Positions 59,090 to 64,000 of a DNA stretch of 64,000 bases are shown here, piece by piece (the first letter of the stretch is position 1; each line of letters starts with the position of its first letter). The translations under genes and the position numbers were made by a program. The stretch lies in the NCBI GenBank assembly GCA_965214095.1, contig OZ243938.1, forward strand, positions 512,001 through 576,000, read 5' to 3'. The stretch comes from Candidatus Poribacteria bacterium. Lineage in GTDB: Bacteria; Poribacteria; WGA-4E; WGA-3G. Under the pieces are notes generated by a model that did not search any database, was not told where the DNA came from, and saw only the letters and a list, made by a program, of their open reading frames with translations.

Positions 59090-59962
59090 ATGGAACACTA
59101 CTTAGATATACAAAAACCTGAGTTAGGATATACTTACGAGTTTGAAACTGACCAACTATTTCAAGCATCTGAATGTATCGAAGCACACGGATTCGCTATT
59201 ATCAAGGACGTTTTGCCGGATGAATTAGTAGACAGTTTAAAGCAAACCGTATTTGATGGCACTGATCCAAATAGAGAATTGCAACATGGACAGAGTCGTA
59301 CACGACACGCTTGGATTGAAACTGGTGAAGGTGCATGGCAATTATTAGAATACGAACCGTTTATGAAGGTACATCAACATCTTATCGGGAATGATGAGTT
59401 GACTGTGCATAGATCAGCAGCTATCATTCGGATGCCGGGTTCACATCCAGTAGCGTGGCACACAGATTGGTGTGGATTCTCACAAGACACACCAAAAAAC
59501 TCTGGTGATGTGCTTAATAGAGGCATGTGGCCATCTGGTAAATGGTTTTATATCACAGGTTCGCGTCCAGAACACGGAGGTCTCTGCGTAATTGAAGACT
59601 CGCATGTGGAAAACTGGGAAGGACCAAAAGGCTTCAAACTGACTGCAGATAAACGTTCATTCTACAAAGAGGGTGGAGAAGAAAAGGCATACAATGACTT
59701 TGATATTCCGGGTTGTGTCCCACTATTTACCAATCCTGGTGATATGATTGTATTCGCACATAGAACCTATCACGGTGCATTTCCAAACCAGATTGATGAC
59801 ATACGTTTATCATGTGCTATTGGTTTTCGTAGACGCGACCATCACATAGATATTCCTTGGGAGATACCAGAAGTTGGTAAGCAATTCTTAGCAGATTTGC
59901 CACCACATCTACACAAATATACACATGGATATACCAGCATTGATACAGGTTGGCGAGGATAG
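59090..59962 (+). CDS. Phytanoyl-CoA dioxygenase (PhyH) family protein
   Basis: HGFAIIKDV, WHTD, GGLCVIEDSH and PGDMIVF...YHGA.PN...R motifs. Confidence 0.88.
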   Translation: MEHYLDIQKPELGYTYEFETDQLFQASECIEAHGFAIIKDVLPDELVDSLKQTVFDGTDPNRELQHGQSRTRHAWIETGEGAWQLLEYEPFMKVHQHLIGNDELTVHRSAAIIRMPGSHPVAWHTDWCGFSQDTPKNSGDVLNRGMWPSGKWFYITGSRPEHGGLCVIEDSHVENWEGPKGFKLTADKRSFYKEGGEEKAYNDFDIPGCVPLFTNPGDMIVFAHRTYHGAFPNQIDDIRLSCAIGFRRRDHHIDIPWEIPEVGKQFLADLPPHLHKYTHGYTSIDTGWRG

Positions 59963-60511
59963 TCATTTAGTTGGTTGATATGTCGATAATTGACGATGAA
60001 CTTCAGGTAGTGCCCCGTTTTTTAGCCAAGTAATTGGTTGTTCTTCTGTTGTCCGTTCAGGATTTACCCAGATGATGTACCGGATTTCCCTAACTTGGCG
60101 TGATGCGTAAGCGAAAAGTGATCGGATGGTCTCGTCAAGTGAAACGATTGTTTTATCAGTTTGCATTGCCGCTTCAAGAAGATGCATATCTTTTTGTATT
60201 GCTTCAGTATCATCCTCATTGTCGGTTGTTTTGGCAATCTTGTCTTGGAGTTCTCTACTTTCTGGTGGATTTATACGAACCACTTTTCTACGTGCATCCA
60301 TTGACAACCGCCACCTTCTGGCAAAACGGGATTGATGTTGTTTCCATTCATCACTAATTTTATTGGTCATTACAAGTTTATGATTCTCTGATCTAACCAC
60401 TATTAGGAAATCACGACAATTAACAGCACGCGGGTGCGTCGCTGTTTCGCTGCCGGCGGCTTGGGCAACATCCGCGTCAATAACCAATTGTTTTGTATCG
60501 GTATGCCTCAC
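59963..60511 (-). CDS. PIN-like domain protein
   Basis: LVIDADV...E...KDMHLLEAA...IVSLDE acidic pattern; coupled to the upstream ATPase. Confidence 0.6.
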   Translation of the reverse strand: MRHTDTKQLVIDADVAQAAGSETATHPRAVNCRDFLIVVRSENHKLVMTNKISDEWKQHQSRFARRWRLSMDARRKVVRINPPESRELQDKIAKTTDNEDDTEAIQKDMHLLEAAMQTDKTIVSLDETIRSLFAYASRQVREIRYIIWVNPERTTEEQPITWLKNGALPEVHRQLSTYQPTK

Positions 60512-61812
60512 TCTACCTCCGATTGCCCAAATCTAAGTTTGTCTACGGCATCAAGATAACGACTCTCCGTTCTGAGATCCACCTCATCAAAATCTACAGG
60601 CCACTCACCGTAAGTGCCTGCTTCATCTAAATCAACGCTGTCAATCTTAGTAATACCATCTTTGTTACGTGAAAACCAGTGCAGCTTGACTAAATCTGGC
60701 GACAGTTTGCCTTCTGCAACGAGTGTTTGTATCCCCAATAGTAATAATGAACTGTGTGTTTCAGCAACAACCCGTACACCACGTTTTGCTGCATCAGCTA
60801 ACACTTGCGCTAACTTGACTTGTGCGTTAGGATGTAAATGAAGTTCCGGCTGTTCAATATAAACTAATTGACCTGGTTCTGCAGCTATCAGTGCCACTAC
60901 AACAGGTAGAACTTGTGAAATTCCGAATCCTACATCAACAATATTAACCATGTCTACGTCACTCATGTTGCGGCGAGTCAGGCGACTAACCTGAATTTCA
61001 ACACCAACATCACCGATCTTTTTTGCACTGACTCGTCCTGTCAATTCAAGAGTATAAAGTGAATCTAACAACGTTCTTAAGCGTTTATCTCCGGTTTCCT
61101 GCCATTCGTGGATAATGCTTGCCATATAGTGTTCAAACGTGCCGTGATACCGTGGCCCTGTACTACTTAGTTTGTATAAACGTTCAGGATTTCCACGTAA
61201 TCCAAGTAGGTGAATGGTATCGCTGATGTATTGGCCAAAACCAGAGGTGGCTTCATAGAATTTATTGCTATCAAGCGATCCAATATACAAGAAACAACGT
61301 GATCGCTTCACTATATTATAACCATTAATAGACGAATCTTGATTGACTAATAACTTGATTTCATCAGGAGACATGCCTGGATGCAAAGTAAAATTTTGAG
61401 GAAAAGATGATTGATCAATCTCAAAATTAGTTTTCTTGCTCATTTCAACAATTTCAATCCCATTTTTCCGTTTTCTGAAGGTCGTTCCGATAGAGATAAA
61501 CATTTCAGAAACACAAGTCTCTACCTGAACCTGAAATTGATCTGTCTGTGTTTCATTCTTTAGTTTTGACAAAAATTGTTCTGCAAAAGTAAACCGGACG
61601 TTTGGTCCATCAATCAACAAAGGTCCAGGATCATACGGTGCCTCCAATGTCTGCTTTAACATCAATAACGGCTGCATTATACTGGATTTTCCAGAACTAT
61701 TGGCACCAACAAGAATCGTTAAGGGGAGGATGTCAATTTGACATTCTTCCACAATTGATTTAAAACCTTTTACAGATATCTTGGTTATGCCTTTATCTCT
61801 TTTACTCAACAT
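60508..61812 (-). CDS. ABC/AAA_15-21-type ATPase with a DUF3696-like C-terminus
   Basis: GFKS, GANSSGKS, VGFGISQVLP, IEQPELHLHP, ETHS and G...EWP motifs; no TM segments. Confidence 0.88.
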   Translation of the reverse strand: MLSKRDKGITKISVKGFKSIVEECQIDILPLTILVGANSSGKSSIMQPLLMLKQTLEAPYDPGPLLIDGPNVRFTFAEQFLSKLKNETQTDQFQVQVETCVSEMFISIGTTFRKRKNGIEIVEMSKKTNFEIDQSSFPQNFTLHPGMSPDEIKLLVNQDSSINGYNIVKRSRCFLYIGSLDSNKFYEATSGFGQYISDTIHLLGLRGNPERLYKLSSTGPRYHGTFEHYMASIIHEWQETGDKRLRTLLDSLYTLELTGRVSAKKIGDVGVEIQVSRLTRRNMSDVDMVNIVDVGFGISQVLPVVVALIAAEPGQLVYIEQPELHLHPNAQVKLAQVLADAAKRGVRVVAETHSSLLLLGIQTLVAEGKLSPDLVKLHWFSRNKDGITKIDSVDLDEAGTYGEWPVDFDEVDLRTESRYLDAVDKLRFGQSEVE

Positions 61813-61980
61813 CCGATCCTACTCCTAATATCAATCTTATAAGTAATAGCTGCTATGTGTTTACTGATCTTTCTTCATTTATCTCAATCTCTATTACTTT
61901 TCTTGATACAACTTCCTGAGAATGTGCACCTCAATTATAGGGCATGTTGCACCGATCAGTCAAGTTTTTATATATCTGCC

Positions 61981-62168
61981 CACGGTTATTTAGTTTTCGG
62001 TTTTTCTGCTGTATTTTCACATTTCAATATAACCACCTGTAGGTCGGGTAGAGCTTGCGAAACCCGACACGTCTGGTATATGTCGGGTTTCGCAAGCTCT
62101 ACCCGACCTACGACATAAACTCTCAGTAACGTTCATCAACTGAAAATTATTAGAACTAAATAACCCTG
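61981..62168. mobile_element. Family E MITE-like element (188 bp), copy 2
   Basis: TIR CACGGTTATTTAGTTTT...AGAACTAAATAACCCTG; flanks ATATCTGCC / ATATGTGTC (7/9 match); inverted REP pair at 62039-62068 and 62082-62111. Confidence 0.85.
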
Positions 62169-62364
62169 ATATGTGTCAAGAATGGCACAAGTGTTTGGAG
62201 ATTTTAGGAATAGAAAAACGATTGATACAACTTGTGCAAGTTCAAAATAATTTTTCCTTGACTAATTTTGTAAATCTGTTATATTAATATCATAAATCAT
62301 TTCAGTAAGCACATCATCATTACTGGCAGATTTTCATTATTATACCTGAGGAGGAACTACTAAG

Positions 62365-63768
62365 ATGACCCGTTTTTTACCCGGTTTCGTTCAAAAAATA
62401 GATCGGAACCACATTATCATACTCTTACTTGGCATACTACTCATACCGAATATCGGTTGTTTAGGCGGCGTTAGCCTCGTGCCGTTGAGTGCGAAAATTC
62501 AGAATGCTGATAATACCTTTGAACAAGCAGAAGCTGTTTCAACACGATCAGATGATGCAAGTGAAAAAGAAAAAGCAGTAGCGAAACAGAAAAAACTATA
62601 CGATTCAGCATTATCACACTATCTTGAAATAATTGAAAAAGATGTTAAAGGGAAATATGCACAACGCTCCCACTATCAGATAGCAAAAATATACAAGAAA
62701 TACTATGAGTGGGATAAGGCGAATGAGCACTATCAAGCAATCGTTGATCTTGCACCGACCGGATATTATGCTAGTGAAGCAAAAACTGGTATTGCGAACA
62801 TTCGTAAGAACCGTGCATTAATACAGACCGAATTGGCAAATTACCAGAACTATAAAGCTTTATATGACACCGAACCCTCTCAAGAATCTTATGATATTGC
62901 TGCTGAATCTTTATACAAGGTCGGTCAATCGTACGAAGCTTTAGAAAACTATACAGAAGCGATCATTACTTATGAGAGATTAGTTTCTGAGTTTCCAGAA
63001 CACGAAAAAGCAGTACAAGCACAATTACGAGTTGGGAATATCTATTTTTATGATTTATATGATTATACCAATTCCGGTGGATGGGGGGCATTTGTTGCTG
63101 TTGCACAAAAATTCCCTGATACTTTTGAAGCACAAGAAGTTGTTAAAGACCTAAACCAAACTGAAAGCTTATTGAAAGAAATCAAAAATCTTCAGGATGA
63201 AATTCATCGGAACAAAAGTGTAAAGGCGAAGCAGTTTGAAGAAATGGGGAGATATGTACTACCCTCAGAGAAATACATTCAAGGTAAAGCTGATTTGATT
63301 GTACAGAATTACCAACAAATTGCACGAAATTGGGAGAAACTACGTAACTACCCGAATGCAATAGAAACAAATAAAGTGCTAATTGCTGATCTGTCTCATA
63401 AGAAATTTGCTGTTGCTGATGCTCTCTACAAAGTCGGGGTACTCTACCAACAAAACGGACAGTATGAACGTGCAATTGAAGCGTATGAAGACTTGCTTCA
63501 AAATGCACCAGAATCAATCTGGCGGAATGAAGCCGCCTATCAACAGGCAATTTGCTACCGCGCTATTCGTGAATTCCGTTCTGCCTACGAAGGTTTCAAG
63601 ACTTATATGAGCCTTACAAAAGGAGAAACTCCACATCAACGTGAGGCACAACAGATTATTCGGCAGTTTGAACTAGATCAAGACCAAGATGGATTTATGT
63701 TTTATGAAGAACAAGAGGAAGGCACTTCCGACCAGGACCCAAATTCTTATCCTGGAGCAGAAAAATAA
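62365..63768 (+). CDS. TPR-repeat (lipo)protein
   Basis: GAGGAGG RBS; hydrophobic leader ending NIGC; multiple A-x-Y-x-x-G/A...A...Y...P repeats. Confidence 0.85.
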   Translation: MTRFLPGFVQKIDRNHIIILLLGILLIPNIGCLGGVSLVPLSAKIQNADNTFEQAEAVSTRSDDASEKEKAVAKQKKLYDSALSHYLEIIEKDVKGKYAQRSHYQIAKIYKKYYEWDKANEHYQAIVDLAPTGYYASEAKTGIANIRKNRALIQTELANYQNYKALYDTEPSQESYDIAAESLYKVGQSYEALENYTEAIITYERLVSEFPEHEKAVQAQLRVGNIYFYDLYDYTNSGGWGAFVAVAQKFPDTFEAQEVVKDLNQTESLLKEIKNLQDEIHRNKSVKAKQFEEMGRYVLPSEKYIQGKADLIVQNYQQIARNWEKLRNYPNAIETNKVLIADLSHKKFAVADALYKVGVLYQQNGQYERAIEAYEDLLQNAPESIWRNEAAYQQAICYRAIREFRSAYEGFKTYMSLTKGETPHQREAQQIIRQFELDQDQDGFMFYEEQEEGTSDQDPNSYPGAEK

Positions 63769-63828
63769 GAGTGGTTTGACACATAAGAAACAAGAATGTT
63801 AGTCAAACAAGTTCGTTAAATTATATGT

Positions 63829-63951
63829 TATAGTAATTGCAAAAATATGTGCCATAGGCATCAATTTAGGGGAATAACGCTATAATCCCACGCCGGTAGG
63901 TTCGGTTTCCGAACCTACCGTAGTGTGTAAATAATTGCGGTTTCTGCTATA
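63829..63951. mobile_element. Family-B-related element (inverted) with a collapsed REP pair
   Basis: TATAGT...GCTATA ends; the right arm is a close reverse-complement match to the family B left arm; central GGTAGGTTCGG-TTT-CCGAACCTACC. Confidence 0.72.
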
Positions 63952-64000
63952 ACATGACAATGAGACTTGTCTAAAGAAACAGTTTTACACGATCATGTTC

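Overview
A gene-dense, moderately AT-rich bacterial chromosomal segment with about 60 CDSs. I found no rRNA, tRNA, CRISPR array or intact transposase. The gene content (two phytanoyl-CoA dioxygenases, a sulfatase, sugar isomerases, and secreted proteins ending in a VEPxxKxxxxWGxxK motif) suggests a Candidatus Poribacteria-like genome; this is inference only. Housekeeping genes (tsaC, tsaD, glcB, msrB, miaB, map, ccmC, gmhA, nfi) are interspersed with a corrinoid methyl-transfer cluster, a GldF/GldG/DUF4340 module, two DNA-methylase loci and a defence-like patch at 55.5-61.8 kb. Three features stand out. (1) About 30 GTAG-initiated REP-like hairpins are carried inside several distinct families of short terminal-inverted-repeat (TIR) elements (MITE-like shells). 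Shells and hairpins occur in mixed combinations, nested or tandemly amplified, and sometimes remodel neighbouring genes. (2) A probable UxxC selenoprotein (35942-36286, minus strand) is missed by the ORF track and has a SECIS-like hairpin right after its UGA. (3) Three tandem secreted proteins share a C-terminal motif that may be a sorting signal. Product calls come from motif recognition by eye, not from database searches.
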